Below are positions 12,718-26,619 of a stretch of DNA of 64,000 nucleotides, piece after piece; positions within the stretch are counted from its first letter, which is position 1, and each line of letters opens with the position of its first letter. Under the pieces are notes generated by a model, which was not told the DNA's origin, did not search any database, and saw only the letters and a list, made by a program, of their open reading frames with translations. The DNA lies in NCBI GenBank assembly GCA_002189035.1, contig NEEC01000002.1, positions 5,456,001 to 5,520,000 of the forward strand, given 5' to 3'. The translations under genes and the position numbers were made by a program. This DNA is from Utricularia gibba (Eukaryota; Plantae; Magnoliophyta).

Positions 12718-14907
12718 TCAAGAGGGCAACTTCAGCTTTGAATTGTTTTTCCAACTGCAGGAAAACACAGCTCATTAGAGCTCAAAAGAATTTATTGAAA
12801 AAGAAACAGGAGGAAACGGTTGGCTTATGGCTTTCAAGGTACCTGATAAAGTAATAGTAAAAAAAGTCTGCATATAGAGCTGTCTGTACAAGCCCAGACA
12901 CAACAGCTGAGAGAGAGAGAAAAAAACAGAAGTGGGGTAAGACATACAAGTTAGCAGCATATGAGTTGAATCACATAATTCCATCACTTACGAATCCATC
13001 GGCCAAAATGTGTTTCAGTGAAATATCGATATATCCAGTTCAGGATGTAAAATCCACGGTATGCTCTGCAATATATTTTATTAGGTGAACAGAGAGACCA
13101 ATAATACGGAACATAATATTTTCATCATACTTCTTTTTGTAGAATGCAGTGATCTGTAGTGGTTTTCCTAACACAATATGGAGGACATTTTTTTGCATTC
13201 CGATTAAGATACTGGAAACCCATTATTTGTTGGAAAATTTTCTAAAAAGTACAATTTTTCATGGATAAGAACATGTATAAAATATACTTTAAATACTGGA
13301 ATCCACATTCAAAAAGTGAAAAGCTTTATCTCAACCGTCATACCCCTTTCCTATTTTCAAGGACACGGATTCTTTGAATTTGGGAAAAATTCGAAAAATT
13401 TCAATTGCGGAAACCCTACATTGCATCAATACCTCAGAACAGGAATAATCTTCAAGCAATCGCAGATTTACATTTATTTGCAAATTTCAGCTTGAAAAAA
13501 AGAAGGAAGTGCCTTAAATAATAATCATTACACAGAAGCACTATAACACACAAAAAAGGAAATCTTAATACCAAAAATAATATGCATTAATGGGAGGAAT
13601 CAGTAAACAAAAGAAACTGTTTCGAACAAGCCACATATTCCAAAAAAGTAGGAAAAAGATTCCATCAGCTTACACTATTCAAAAAACCAATTGTTACGAA
13701 GAGCAACTTACCCTAGGAAGAAAACGTATTTTCCAGTCAAATTATCCACATTTCCACTTCTTTGCAATAGGATTAGCTGCGGTAAAATTGCAACTGCTTC
13801 CAAGTATATTGAAAGCGTCCAAAGTATCTGAAACATAATCGGACTATGTTAACCAGGCATATCTAACCCCCAAAAAAAACTACATATATTGAATACGAAA
13901 TCCAGCTGTGTCCACAGTTCACGAATAGGGCAATAAAGAATCACACCACGTATGAACACCAATAAAGAATGATAAAATGCATCCATTTGACGCTGGGTGA
14001 TTGACAGATCCTTACCTTGATAGCAACACCGGTGGAATATTAAGAATTAATCTTACAAGAAAATTCTAGCATTCAGTCAAAACAAGCTCTTCCTAGAAAA
14101 AATAATATAAATGGAACTTATTATATCTTGGGAAGACAAAACTGACCTCCTGAAATGAGAACTTCTCATGAACAAGAAGGGCTAAAAGCAAACTAGCTCC
14201 CACAAGAAAATAATGCCTAAATGTGTCAAGTTCACGGTCATAGGACCGTTTGACAATACGATGAAACCTCATGCAGCACACAATTGCCAGAGAACTTCCA
14301 ATGAATACAAGCTTCATCACAGTATTATAGACTGAGATGAAGTCTGTCAACAAATCAAGGTAACGAGCCAGGAATACAATTGCATACAACTCTTGAGTCT
14401 TCAATGAAATACCTGAAAAAATTTAAAAGTTATAAAAAAGAGAAACAATTACAATTGATATGAAACATACGTTAAAATTAAAGAACCTTGCAATGCGTAA
14501 AAAAACCAAGATAGCTAATCATGATCAAATTGCAACCTTAAAAAATCTACCATACCCCTAGTCAGCAATCTGAATATTCTTGAAAATAAAAAAATCAATA
14601 TATTTAAGTTCAGATCACCAGGTAAACAGTGTCAGCAACTGCAGTGGAATAGACAAAATGAATTCCTAGGCAAAAGAAGCACGATCACACGGAAATGAAA
14701 TCCGCCTCCAGTAACCGAATCGCAACGCAGAAGAGCATCAGAAAGCATAATGTACTCTAAATATTAGGAACAAATATGAAATAACAGACATGGAGGATAC
14801 AGAAAAAACCCCTAACCTGAGCAAGATTTCGTGGCGTAAATTTTGAGAAGCAGCACTAAAATGCTGATCAAATGTGTCATATCGCCAGCAAATCTAAAGA
14901 TATTCAT
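12718..14907 (-). CDS. ERD2: ER lumen protein-retaining (HDEL/KDEL) receptor ERD2 (6 exons)
   Basis: The exons read [17 protein letters not shown] (ATG 14907), [47 protein letters not shown] and [11 protein letters not shown] (TGA 12718-12720). All phases are consistent. Confidence 0.96.
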
Positions 14908-15053
14908 AGCTGCAAGCCAAGCTTCTGCCCTCCAGGGAACAATTCCAGAAAATCAGGATGTAGAGGGATACTGCTCTTCCTGATTTCCGCTCTCCCCAAA
15001 GCGGAAGGCCAGGGGGAGGAAAAAAAAAAAAGGAAGGCAAAATCTCAAATTTA

Positions 15054-15109
15054 CCCCACATTACTTCGAAATCGCATTTTGCCCCCCACATTACTTCGAA
15101 ATCGCATTT
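15054..15109. repeat. Two-copy tandem repeat, period 30 bp, upstream of ERD2
   Basis: ccccacattacttcgaaatcgcattt occurs at both 15054-15079 and 15084-15109. Confidence 0.95.
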
Positions 15110-15727
15110 GGTGAAGATTCATCACAGACTCTGTATCGCCGGTACGGGGAGGGACTTGGCTCTGGTTGGGCGCCTGGTAGATAGAAATGGAGAACAGAAG
15201 GAGTGGTAGAGGTGCTGCTTTTTTCTGGATTTATGGCGTAGTTTTATCATCTTCAAGGCAGTCGGAACTCTCGAATCTAACCTCAACGATGATTTTGGTG
15301 GGCTTAGTCCAAGTCAAAAGGAGTACATCGGCCACTGTAGCCGAGAATTTCAGACGGTTTCTGGGTGGGACGAGGGTGAAGACGGTGACCTCCATGGAAT
15401 GGCCTGGAGTGCTCCAGGTTCACTTCTCCTGGAGTACAAAACTACAAAGAGCCATCAAGGGACAAGGCTATGCTGTGTCTTCGTTTTCGTACCGCACTCA
15501 CCTAACTGCCCCAATAAATTCGATTTAATCGCCCCCAAAAAATACCTGCACAACTCCATCTTCAAGGACCGCCACACTGCCAATATCCTGTGGCCTCGCT
15601 GTCCTCTGCGAAACTATTGGCCGACGGGGCTACACGTGTGACGCCGTCCATCCATCTCATCCACCTCTCCAGTCTTCTCTTGTCTGATGGTTTCAGTCTC
15701 GCGCAAGTGAAATTGGGTGCAATCACC

Positions 15728-18700
15728 ATGAACTCTTTGATTCGAAAGGTCTGGGAATCGGTATCCAACCGATCGGCTTCGTCCTCTCTTATGGGAGCAA
15801 GTTATTGGCGCGCCCCGAATCCGATCTCCGATGACGACCGTTTACTGCAGATGATGTCTCTGCAGTGTTCTTCCACTGGACATTTCGATCTTATTCCGGT
15901 TGATATTTTCATGCGGATAGTCAAATTCTTGGGTCCCAAGGAAGCCGCCAGGCTTAGAGCCGTGTGCAAAACTTGGAAGCTTTTGGTATCTGATAATCGG
16001 CTCTGGATTTACTTTCTGCAGAACCAGGGGGAGCCATGGGATTCAATTTTCTTTGCCGAAACCCACCTCCGATCCGGCTATCCCTTTCCGTAAGTCTGCT
16101 TCTGTTTGTTTTCTTTTGATTCTGTGATATCGGTTGAAAACCCCTGATAGATGTTTTAAGCTAGGGCTTTACAGATTTATGATTCTAGTTCGTTCAGACC
16201 TTTATGAGCAGTGACTATAATGAGGATGTTAGCGAGGTCGGTGTTGTTTATGCGTTGAACTGATTCCTCATTTTTTTTACTTTTGCCTTGAGATCGTTTC
16301 ATCAACCAATTCAATGCTGTTGCTGATTGCTTATGGCTAATTATAAAACTCCTTTAGTGAGGAGGTAGCTTTTGTTTTGTTTGTTCGCCATGGATATTTT
16401 ATTTGCAACTGCTGTCTTATCCTGTCTACTTTGATTGGGTCGGCTATTCTTTACCTTAATAGTAGAGAAAAAATAATATTTATTTTGTTTTCTGTTTCCA
16501 GTGCTTTTCCCACCCAGATGCATGAACTTTCATTTATGCATATATATGGTCAGCGTGTTGAGGCTCCTGGCGCTATTATTATTGACGGTATGCTTTTCAT
16601 ATATTTCCATTTTTTCCCATGGGTTGTTGACCCTTTATCCCATTGCTGGCTCTTCTTATACTAAGTTGCATGAGAGAAATAAACACCAAACTGCAGTTCG
16701 CTATTGTTTGGTTGACCAGCTGTTCTTGTGTGGTTGCATTTTTTCCCATGGGTTGTTGACCCTTTATCCCATTGCTGGCTCTTCTTATACTAAGTTGCAT
16801 GAGAGAAATATACACCAAACTGCAGTTCGCTATTGTTTAGTTGACCAGCTGTTCTTGTGTCGTTGCATTTACCTTATAGGTGGCTCAGGATATTGTAAAT
16901 ATGGGTGGAGCAAATATCCTTCTCCATCTGGGTTGTCAGCGACATTTTTGGTCAGCTTTTGGATTTTGTTTCTAGTTTGTTCTTTCTTTCCTCTGAATTT
17001 AAGTATTATGCTGACACCACTTGAGTTCCTAGGAATTTGGGAACATTGAGTCACCTATGTCATCTCGGCTTCGGCATTTCTTTTCAACAATTTGCAGTAG
17101 GTGTGATGTAATTCTTGCTTTCAACTGTGTGTTTTATTTTTCGTTCTGGGATGTCTCAGAGCCTTTTTGTTGTCTACATTTAAAACCCATTTTTTTAACA
17201 CCCATGGTAGTTTCTTGGTGCTTTAGTTCAGTACCTGGCGTTCCAACTGTTTTTTTTTTTATTTTGATTTTGTGTTACCATGCCTGCATCTAGGATGCAG
17301 GTGAGAACATCAGCACATCCAATTGTTCTTTCGCTTCCCCTCTGCAATTATGATGGTTAGATACCACTGTTTTTGGGCTTGTCTTGGCACTGCTTTTGTT
17401 TAGCTAATACTCGTGTTTCTTTTCCTTATTTTCACTATAAGCCAGATACTGAGTCTGCAAAAAGCTCCAGAAGACAACTAAGGGAAGCTATTTATTCAAC
17501 ATTATTTGACATGAATGTGCCTGCTGTATGTGCAATCAGTCAGGTACCTCATTCTTGAACTAAACATATGCCAGCGTGGAAATGGGCTACTTCCTCTAGA
17601 ATGAATCTAACCAAGTATCCATGGCAATCTTTTCTTTTACTGTAGGCAACTTTGGCTTTGTTTGCGGCAAAACGCACATCAGGAATTGTAGTGAATGTGG
17701 GTTTCCATCAGACAACTGTTGTTCCAAGTATGTTTCTCATTCATGCGTGGAAGTATTTCATTTATTTGCATTCAGTTTCTTATCTTATCAAATGAGCAAA
17801 TGTTCCCTCATTGGAATTTGATTATTTTCTAGAAAACATCTGAATGTGATGTTTTCCATGTCATTGCATAGTCTTACGTGGAAAAGTAATGAGGAAGATT
17901 GGAGTGGAAGTTGTGGGAATGGGTGCCTTGAAGCTCACATCATATCTCCGGGACAGGTTACAAAGGAACAATGTAGTAGTTGACTCACTTTATACCGTCC
18001 GCACATTGAAGGAGGTGCAAATCATTCTCAATTTCTCTGCCTTGTGTGTTCTTGTTTTCAAGATTATCACTATCACCAAGCTACTGAACACATAATGACA
18101 TGTTCTTTGAGCCACGCTGTAATATGAGTATCAACGCCAATATTGCAGCTGCTTTTTTTTTCTGCCCGGCACTTTTAGGCTGTCCTTAAGGAAGCCTTCC
18201 TGATAGAACCACATGCCCAATGCCAACATTTTTGTTTGTGGTTGGACCTGCAGAAGCTATGCTATGTTGCTTTTGATTATGAAGCTGAATTAAAGAAAGA
18301 CACAAAAGCTTACTTCTCTATAACGCCTGGTACCTGCATCAAACTTTCAGAGGAACGGTTTCAGACTGGGGAAATACTATTTCAACCTCGTCTTGCTGGC
18401 ATGTATGTATATCTTCTTTGTACATGTTATATGGTATTTGATGTATCATGTGTACTTCTGCATTGTCCAATCTTTAAAGTTAGAGATAACAGCACTAAAG
18501 CCTTATTCGCTGTAAAGAGTGTTGAATATACGAATCTTATACCCAAGTTTTCAATTATGGTAGTGGACCTTTTAACTGTATTATACTTATATTTCTTTGT
18601 TTCTCTGACTACCTATTTAAACTGGCTTCGCAGGCAGGCAATGGGTCTGCATAACGCTGTTGCACTTTGCATGGAGCATTGCCGTGATGCTGATTTAACT

Positions 18701-19413
18701 GGTGAGGATAACTGGTACAGAACTGTAGTACTTGCTGGAGGCACTGCATGTTTGCCTGGGTTAGCAGGTAACCAGATAAACTTTCTTGTTTTTGAAGGGG
18801 AAGGCACCTAAGCTTTCCTTTAAATGGTAATCCTAGCTTGCTTTCATTTAGCTTAAAAGTTCCAGTGCCTTAATATCGAACTACAGATGCTTTTTAAGAT
18901 ACTCCTTGAAAAAAGAGTAATGGGATTGATTTGGGCTGTTTCTAAACTGTGGTTTCCTACCACAGAAATGCAATTTTCTTGCGACTTTGTTAATGTGTGC
19001 TAGACAAGTCAGTGATATATATTTGTATGTCTTTCGTTTGTTTTCCTCCAGAAAGGCTTGAAAAAGAATTGAATGAACTCCTACCACAAACGCCTATGAG
19101 TTGTGGTATCTGCGTCCTTCCGCCCCCTCACGGCCCAAATTCTGCATGGTTTGGAGCGAAACTTGTCAGCAATGTAATGAAGATGACTTCTGTTTTCAAT
19201 GTTTTTGTAACCGCGCAATCCATTTTTGGTCTTGAGGCATCAAAATTTTGCTGATCAGATACGTTAGAACAATTATATTGCAGGTAGCTTTATCAATACA
19301 AAAATCACTGATTCTTCATTTTGCCCTTGATGCAGCTAAGTAGCTTCCCCAATGCTTGGTGTGTGACCAAAAAGCAGTTCCGAAGTTCGTCGAAGCGCAA
19401 GCTACTCTGGTGA
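15728..19413 (+). CDS. ARP8: Actin-related protein 8 (plant F-box + actin-fold ARP8)
   Basis: The exons read MNSLIRKVWESV (ATG 15728), an F-box, EPWDSIFFAETHLRSGYP, IIIDGGSGYCK, ERFQTGEILFQP, VVLAGGTACLPG and SAWFGAKLVSN, ending KRKLLW* at 19411-19413. All exons are in phase. Confidence 0.96.
16608..16869. repeat. 129-bp tandem duplication inside ARP8 intron 2
   Basis: Copies at 16608-16736 and 16737-16865 show three visible substitutions (aaataaacacc/aaatatacacc, tttggttg/tttagttg, gtgtggttg/gtgtcgttg). Confidence 0.95.
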
Positions 19414-19792
19414 AGGGCGCATATTATTTTCACGGTGTTTCAAAATCAAGTAAGCTATATGGTCCTCGATCAATATTGGTATACATGTAATCTGGGTGTA
19501 TAATATATCATTCATTTCAGCTGAAACATAACTAGAGTTCCTCGAGAACTGCAAATTCAATGAACTGTGAAAATCACCATCAGATTGATGAAAAAAAAAA
19601 GGAATACATGTTCAGGTATCGAGAGAAATCCATTCATAGCGAAAGAAGATTTCATTCAAATGACTCGTGAAATGCTGACAGAGGCAGTATCTTTCCTGTT
19701 TCTGAGTTGGTCATTTTCCAAAGTAACTGGCATAATCTACAACGGCAGTTGGCCTAGTCGGATTCTTCTGAAATCCCAAGCAACTGTGATTC

Positions 19793-20972
19793 TTAGGAGT
19801 TTGACACTAGAAAGCAGAGTGGTGCGAGTGAGAGAGTCAGTGCCTGCAGCAAATGAGACGACAGTATCCACCGGTTACTGCTGCTGCTGCTGGTTGCCGC
19901 TGCTGAATGATCCAAGTGCGCACGTGAGGGAGGCCCTGGGGGACACTCCAGCCCCAGTGGCCCTTCACGGCATACGCTTGAAAAGAGCCCCGGTGGGTAC
20001 TTCCCGTAGAGGTTGATGTAGCTGAACATTGTGGAAGCACAGTCATTGCTCAAGTCGTTCAAGTACTCCGCATTTGGACAAGCGAACTGTTTGAGAGCTG
20101 AGCAACACAGCTTCGGTGGGTAGTCTGGCCCTTTGCATTGGCTCGTGATGATCGTGTAGTTCTCGAACTCAAAGCTCACGGGGCATGCTGCGAACACAGG
20201 ACAAGAAAAAAGCTCAGAAATTGGGCACTGCTACTACCCTGCAGCATGCATCAGAATTGATACTCCCAATTCGATGGAAAAACAGGGATAAGTCACATTA
20301 CTCCTCCTCATGCTCCCCAGGACTGTTTATGTTCACACACCGCTTACAGTAACCCAGACCAAGGATCAGCTCATAGTGACTCAACATTTCAAAGTGCTTG
20401 TCTGAAGACACGGTGCATTGTAAAGCAACACAATACTAGTACAATGAAACGCCTCGCCACTGGACGATCGCATGCAAATGTGTTTAGATTTTCAAAGACG
20501 AAGCGTATAGCCCCTAAAACGTGTGACTGCATTCTCTAATGGATTTTCAAAATCACTTTCCACTCTCTAACATGCATTCTCCTACAGACATAATTTCTGA
20601 AATGGAAAGACAGCACTAGAATCAAGGAAGGGACAACATGAGAAGCAAGGACAGTACAGCAGAAAATCTATCAACAGATTCATAAACTGCTACTGGGAAA
20701 AAAATCCCATATGCGGAATTGGAGGAATCATTTCATTGTTATGTTAGAGAATGTATGAAAACTCCAACATACGTGTTTTGGCTTGAAGGAGTCGCCTTTC
20801 GCCCAAAAGGGAGGGGCCAATTGCATCATCTGCACAAATCAAACTAGGTATAAGAATCACATAGCTGAAAGGAACATGGATCAGGGCAAGTCCACGCACC
20901 AAAACTGAAAGCCGAAGCCGAAACAGCTGAAAAAACCAAAATGGTTAGAATGAAATAGCCGCCACGCTTCAT
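19793..20972 (-). CDS. LLG: LORELEI-like GPI-anchored protein (LLG) (3 exons)
   Basis: A signal peptide MKRGGYFILTILVFSAV (ATG 20972) is followed by exon 2 RRLLQAKT and exon 3 CPVSFEFENYTIITSQCKGP...CC...FACP...CASTMFSYINLYGKYPPGLF...C. A hydrophobic GPI tail ends the protein. Confidence 0.95.
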
Positions 20973-22366
20973 CTGATACAAACCCATCAGTAGCAAAAGC
21001 CCGATCTCGTTGAGAGCATCAAAGCCAAAACCCCAATGGGTATGGAAATAGGGTAGATCTGGGGCCGAGGCTCCAATTCCAACAATTTATTGAGGATTAC
21101 CCGCCAGACACATCGGTATTTGTTTTCGTTGCACATCCCAATCAGACAGTGAATTGGGGCACAGCTGGGTATTAGCTACTTTGGACAATGGCGCCACGAA
21201 AAGAACAGAAATACTGAAAACTAGCTCCTCGCCCGAGGACCAGATTAACTCCCAAACAGCCCGCCCCGCCGTCCACCCATTGGCTTTTGTGAGATTTTGA
21301 AAGTATCACACCAAGCAAGGGCCTGCTCTGAAATCAACCGTAGAAAAAAGTATCACCAACATTCCAGGTGGATGCAGGAGTATAGCTACTGGTCTGCTCG
21401 TTGTTGTTGATCCGTCTCCTTCACCTCATCAGTGCAGACAGCAGAGCATCCGTCCCACCAAATTATTTGAATCATATATGAATCTGGAAACTTGTGATTT
21501 GTGACACTTTCCTCCCAAGAAAACAGCATATTGTATTGCACTACGAGGGAATGAAACTCGCTCTGATTTCGAGATATTTTGGGGTTTTAAGGAATACACA
21601 GAGAAAATAGGGGTTAAAACGTAAATTATAGAAAGTATGGCACCAACTTCATAATTAACGCCTACCTCTCTAACTATAAACACGTATTCGCGCGCCCATT
21701 CTTGATTCCTTCATCCTTTTTCTTTTCTTCCCGATTCCGATAATTCTGTTCCATTCTCGTGAATCTCCTCTGGCGTTGATCTACGGTGGGTTATTTGCGG
21801 TTTCTGTCTTGTTCTTCATTTTATCTCCTGAAATCCCTGAATTTTCTGTTTTGGGAAATTCTTGATCGATATTCGAGTTTCTTAGTCTTGCGGCGAGGTT
21901 TCCAGGTGAAGGTTTTGGGAGTTCATTGTAGAGTGGGGTTTTATGTTTGTTGATATCATTCGCAGACGCACGGGATGGCAGGGGATGCTTCCGTCTAGAT
22001 TCATCCTTGAGTTTTGTAATGGATTCATTATCAGTTCTTGAGGATCTTCTGCGGATTTCTGTGTTTCTTGGTTGAGGAAGCGCTTCTGGGTTGAACTATT
22101 CGTGGTTGATACTCATTCTCTTTTGATTTTTCGCATGGTAGAATGTGGGTTCCGGATTAGTTGATAGATTTTGAATTTCCTTGTAATGGAGTCAAATGGA
22201 ATGATCACGATTCAAGGCTGCAAGGGGATCGTAGCGGATTCGCAGACTTCCGGATTATTTGTTTTTCGTATCTGGCCGCCATGGATCTTCGTGGAGTTTA
22301 CAGAGGATCGATGTGTTCGAGTTTGTACTTACATGTTGCCCTTATTTCTTGGTATAGTAGTCTGCG

Positions 22367-24438
22367 ATGGCCACTTTGAAGAGAGCATTGGCCCGGAATG
22401 AGAATGAAGTTTGCGTGTTTTGGCTCAAAGGGAGGTGCAACAGGAACCCCTGTAGGTTCATTCATGGTAACGTCCCTGCACCAGGGAATTTGCAGAAAAA
22501 GAGGAGACTATATGCTTCAGTTGGTGCAAGGCAAACTTTGGAGAGTCGCGTTCCTGAGAAAACAAATGCCCGAAGATTTGTTTATCGTAGATCTCCTAGT
22601 CCTCAGAAGAATAGCGCTCCTCAAATATCTTCTGTGGTTAGGAAGATGAATGTTGGGGACGACACGCCAGTAGCTACTAAATGTATTGAAGGTCCCAAGG
22701 ATCATAATAATGCCCCAGTTCCTGAAAAAGTTGATGCTCATGAAGATGAATCAGTGCTGGAGAGAGATCCTTGTTCTGAAATGGCTGTTTCAGACAAGCC
22801 AAAACAATGTGAATACTGGGTTACTGGAAATTGCGTCCATGGGGAGAAATGCAAGAATCTGCACTCTTGGTTCTGTGGTTCTGGATTTCAGATGTTGGCG
22901 AAACTAGAAGGGCATTCAAAGGTAAACTTGTGAATAAATTTTTCTCTCTTTTTTTTTTTAAATTTCTTCATATTAATAGAGTTTCTGGAAAATGTTCAGG
23001 CTGTTTCAGGAATAGCCTTACCATGTGGCTCTGATAAGTTGTATTCTGTGAGCTTTGATAATTGTATTCGAGTTTGGGACTGCAACAGTGGAAAGGTAAG
23101 AACATGGGTCAATTTAGTGAGACAGAACGATAATATGACGCACTGTATATTGATTTGAACTTCCTACTCATTGTATGCACAGTGTGTTGGTTGCATTGAT
23201 ACAAGCGTGGAAGTGCGGTGCGTAGTCACTGAAGGCCCTATGCTCTTTGTGGGGCTTCGGAACGGTGTGAAGGTATATTTTTGAGGGAAAACAACTCATT
23301 ATTTGTATGTACACTACTTGTTTTGTCTTATATTATATCAAGTGTTTGATGTTCAACAGGCATGGAATTCACAAAACCAACTTGAGTTTTCTTTGTGCAT
23401 CGATGCTTGCGTAGTATCTAGCATGGAGACGGATGATGATAAGCTGTTTGTGGGAATGGAGGTAGGCTGAATGGTGTTGGTTTTTATAGTGGCTTTGTGT
23501 GTCCGAAAACTAGCTGCTTATGCATGGTTATGGGCTCCCGGAAATCATGCCTTAGAAGTATGTTTGCATAAACTTTTCGCATCTCTTAGTTTTGAATCCG
23601 TTCCAGGATGGTTCCATTTATGTGTGGAAGTGGAGCGCGGAGAAGATTGACTCTGATCCAGTTGCAGTCTTGAAGGGGCATACTGGAGCAGTATGTTCAA
23701 TTGTTGTTGCTGCTTTTAGGCGACTTTATACGGGATCAAAAGACTGCACGATAAAGGTATCCGTTTTTGAATGGTCTCTCCTTGCTTGCTGAATCTCCTC
23801 ACTTTCGGTTTTGATGTTCAGGCATGGGATCGAGATAGTTTGCAGTGTGTGCAGACACTGTGTGGGCACAAGGGTGATGTGACGTCCTTATTATGCTGGC
23901 GATATTTTCTATTATCTGCTTCCTTGGACAAGACAGTGAAGGTTTAGCTCTCTCCATCTTTGTATTTCGCACGTTTTCAACTGTAACGGTCGGCCTCCGG
24001 TGCTTTAGGCCTGGGGACAAACCGAAAAGGGCATCATAGAGGTCCTCCATGAGAAGCAGGAAGACAATGTAAGTGCATGCAATAGCTCCTCCTACTAGTT
24101 GGCTGGCTTTACAATCCATCAATCATAAATCAATTTTGTAGGGCGTGCTTGCTCTCTGCGGCGTATATGATTCGGAGAGGAAGCCTGTTTTGCTGTGCTC
24201 ATGCAGCGACCACACCGTTCGCTTATACGACCTGCCATCGTGAGAATCCGTCTCCCTCATCGTATGGTGTTTTTCATTATGTGTTGTGATTGGAAAGCTG
24301 CGTTTGCATCTCAGGTTCATCGAGAGAGGCAGGATATTTTCTAGAGGAGAAGTCCGCACCATTCACGCAGAACCTCCGATGGGGCTGTTCTTCACTGGTG
24401 ATGCAGCCGGAGACGTCTGTGCCTGGAAGATGATGTAG
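22367..24438 (+). CDS. Zinc finger CCCH + WD40-repeat protein (ZFWD family)
   Basis: It has two CCCH fingers (CVFWLKGRCNRNPCRFIH; CEYWVTGNCVHGEKCKNLH) and WD40 repeats over 9 in-phase exons, ending GDVCAWKMM* at 24436-24438. The true start could lie upstream. Confidence 0.92.
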
Positions 24439-24679
24439 AAGGCTGCTGATAGGTTACAACATTCTTCGAGTCCTTTTTCAAATTTAGATAACATCCATGA
24501 TTAGGCATAGCTTATAATTGATCATGATTAAGTGCTTAGACTATCTTACCGTTGGTAATTCTTCTAGATTTTTCATTACTTTGGATATCAAGCTATAACA
24601 ACATGCATTAGAAATGAGATATATGTTAGGATCACTTTTGAATTTTTAATTGTTCTTTTTTTATCTTTTTAATTCTAGA

Positions 24680-25175
24680 TTGAGTGACATTCAACTTCAA
24701 AAAAAAAAATAAAAGAGGAGTGCAAAAGTAAGATATGCTTGGCGAAGCTGTGGGTAGTAATGATCTTACTATAAACCACAAATAAAGTTTCGTAATCCAA
24801 GTATATCTTCTTAAAAGCGGGCTCCATTTCAAAAAAAAAAAAAGCAAAAAAAAAGGCAAAAAAGAAAAAAAAAGAAAAAGAAGAATAGAATAGTCACTTC
24901 AATCTAGAATTCTTCTCTTCTTAATCTAGCAATTAATATCAAGAGTGATTCTGCATTATTTTGTTTCTGATCTTGTTGTTTACGTAGTATACTTTAAATT
25001 GATTGAAAGAGTATAGAAAAAAATAGAAGATATTACTTACCGTAGGAGATGAATAGGTTATCTTGATCGTATATCATGACTTAAGTTTTGCCTATATCAT
25101 GGATTGTTATTCTATTTTCTGTTTGAGGACAAGAATGATTGATTGTAATGAAGTGCATTTTCATAATCATTGCTC
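24680..25175. repeat. Diverged direct repeat, copy A (copy B at ~28128-28610)
   Basis: Shared collinear blocks are agatatgcttggcgaagc, gtgggtagtaatgat, taatccaagtatatcttc, cattattttgtttctgatcttgttgttt, atcatggattgttatt and gacaagaatgatt. Boundaries are approximate. Confidence 0.85.
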
Positions 25176-26013
25176 GGTTCCCTTTTGACTTGGATTTGCA
25201 TAACATGCACTCTATTGGATCCTGTGTGTCATCATCATCTATATAGGCTGGCATGCTGTATTCCTTTTTTGTATCCATCCGCACCACACAAGGGTAGTCC
25301 ATTAAGCCTCAAACCTTAACTACTTTGCGAGTGGTTGTCATCTTTGTGGAAGAGAGGGAGGGATAAGAAGAAGGGGACGAAGCTTTCCACATGATTAGCA
25401 AACATTCCTTGGGCATTTGGAAGTTAATGCCTTGACTTTGTCCTATAAATGAAAAGAAACCCCTCATGCATTTGGAGGGGAAGTTTTGCAAGCCTTTCTT
25501 CTAGGACCGGACCTGTGAGAGGATGCATGAATGGATGGGATGAAAACCCAATTTGTATTCTTAGAGAAGTAAGTTTCCAAAATGTGGTCCAAGGTATTTT
25601 TGTTGTTCCGGGTTTCCTCTTTTCACAAGAGATTGATGGATTGACCTTATTACCCTTTACGAGCGGATAGATAAGCTTGTTAGCATATTGTTCATGGAAA
25701 GAAACTTTTTGCTAAAATATCTATTCCGATACTTCCAGTTTCACATGGAACTACGAATAAGGAATGCATGTATTACATGACAGAAAGCTATAGTGATTGA
25801 TAACACATAATTTTCAATCCACTTTAATTAAGGAAATAGATGTATTTTCTCATTAAAATTAGGTTTTTAGTATGAATCTAGATATTTCTGAGAATGTTGA
25901 TGCAATTTTCATCTTTTATTTAAAATTTGTATTAAATCCATGATTTAGCTCAAATCTTATTCTAACCTCATTTGTCTAAGTATTAAAAACAGTGCATCGG
26001 AAAAGTTACACTC

Positions 26014-26030
26014 TAAGGGCATGTTTGGTA
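26014..26030 (+). mobile_element. Unpaired PIF/Tourist-like terminus (TAA + GGGCATGTTTGGTA)
   Basis: It matches the general PIF/Tourist end pattern preceded by TAA. I found no matching right end. Confidence 0.35.
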
Positions 26031-26619
26031 CAAGAGATTATATAATGAGAAAAAATAAATCAAGAAAAATGAGAACTAAGAAATAATTCATCAATGGGAG
26101 ATTGAAATAAAACAAAGAAAAAACATTGAAAAAAAGCAATCAATTACCAATGAGCACAATGGAACACTAGCAGATGAGAAATCGTCGATGTAAGAATTGG
26201 GTGGGAGCCTAGTAAATTATTCGTCAACTCCGCTGATTTTATCCTCCTACTACCCCTCTACTACCCATACCCTTCTAGTCATCAGCCATGGCTTATCCGG
26301 CGCACCGCTAGAAAACAGCACCCTAGCATCTGCCCCCTGCAACCCCGTTGCCGTAGCGCTATTCAGCTCCCATAGTCGGAAAAGATTCCGCACAAAATTC
26401 ACCCAATACTAGAATGAAAAAATGGTGGAGCTAGGGAATGAACAATTTGGGTTAATTCTTTGAGAAAATTAGTTCAATTTATGTGTTAATCGATTTGGGG
26501 GATTTCAATATAATAAATTTAAATTTTTTAATAATTTATTATATATTGTTAAAGTAATATTATTATTGAACTGGGTTTTACTGTGTGAGTCCAATATACC
26601 GAACCGATAAACTATTTGA

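Noticed and set aside
16501-17049. 182-aa ORF with an internal repeat
   Set aside because: It is an artefact of the 129-bp intronic duplication plus ARP8 exon 3, and has no ATG start.
21957-21965. CATTCGCAG, as in U14 snoRNA domain A
   Set aside because: There are no C/D boxes or domain B around it; it lies in the ZFWD leader region.
25180-25700. MULE transposase C-terminus (SWIM/zinc knuckle)
   Set aside because: Only a CxxC-like fragment is visible, and I could not recover diagnostic motifs in any frame.
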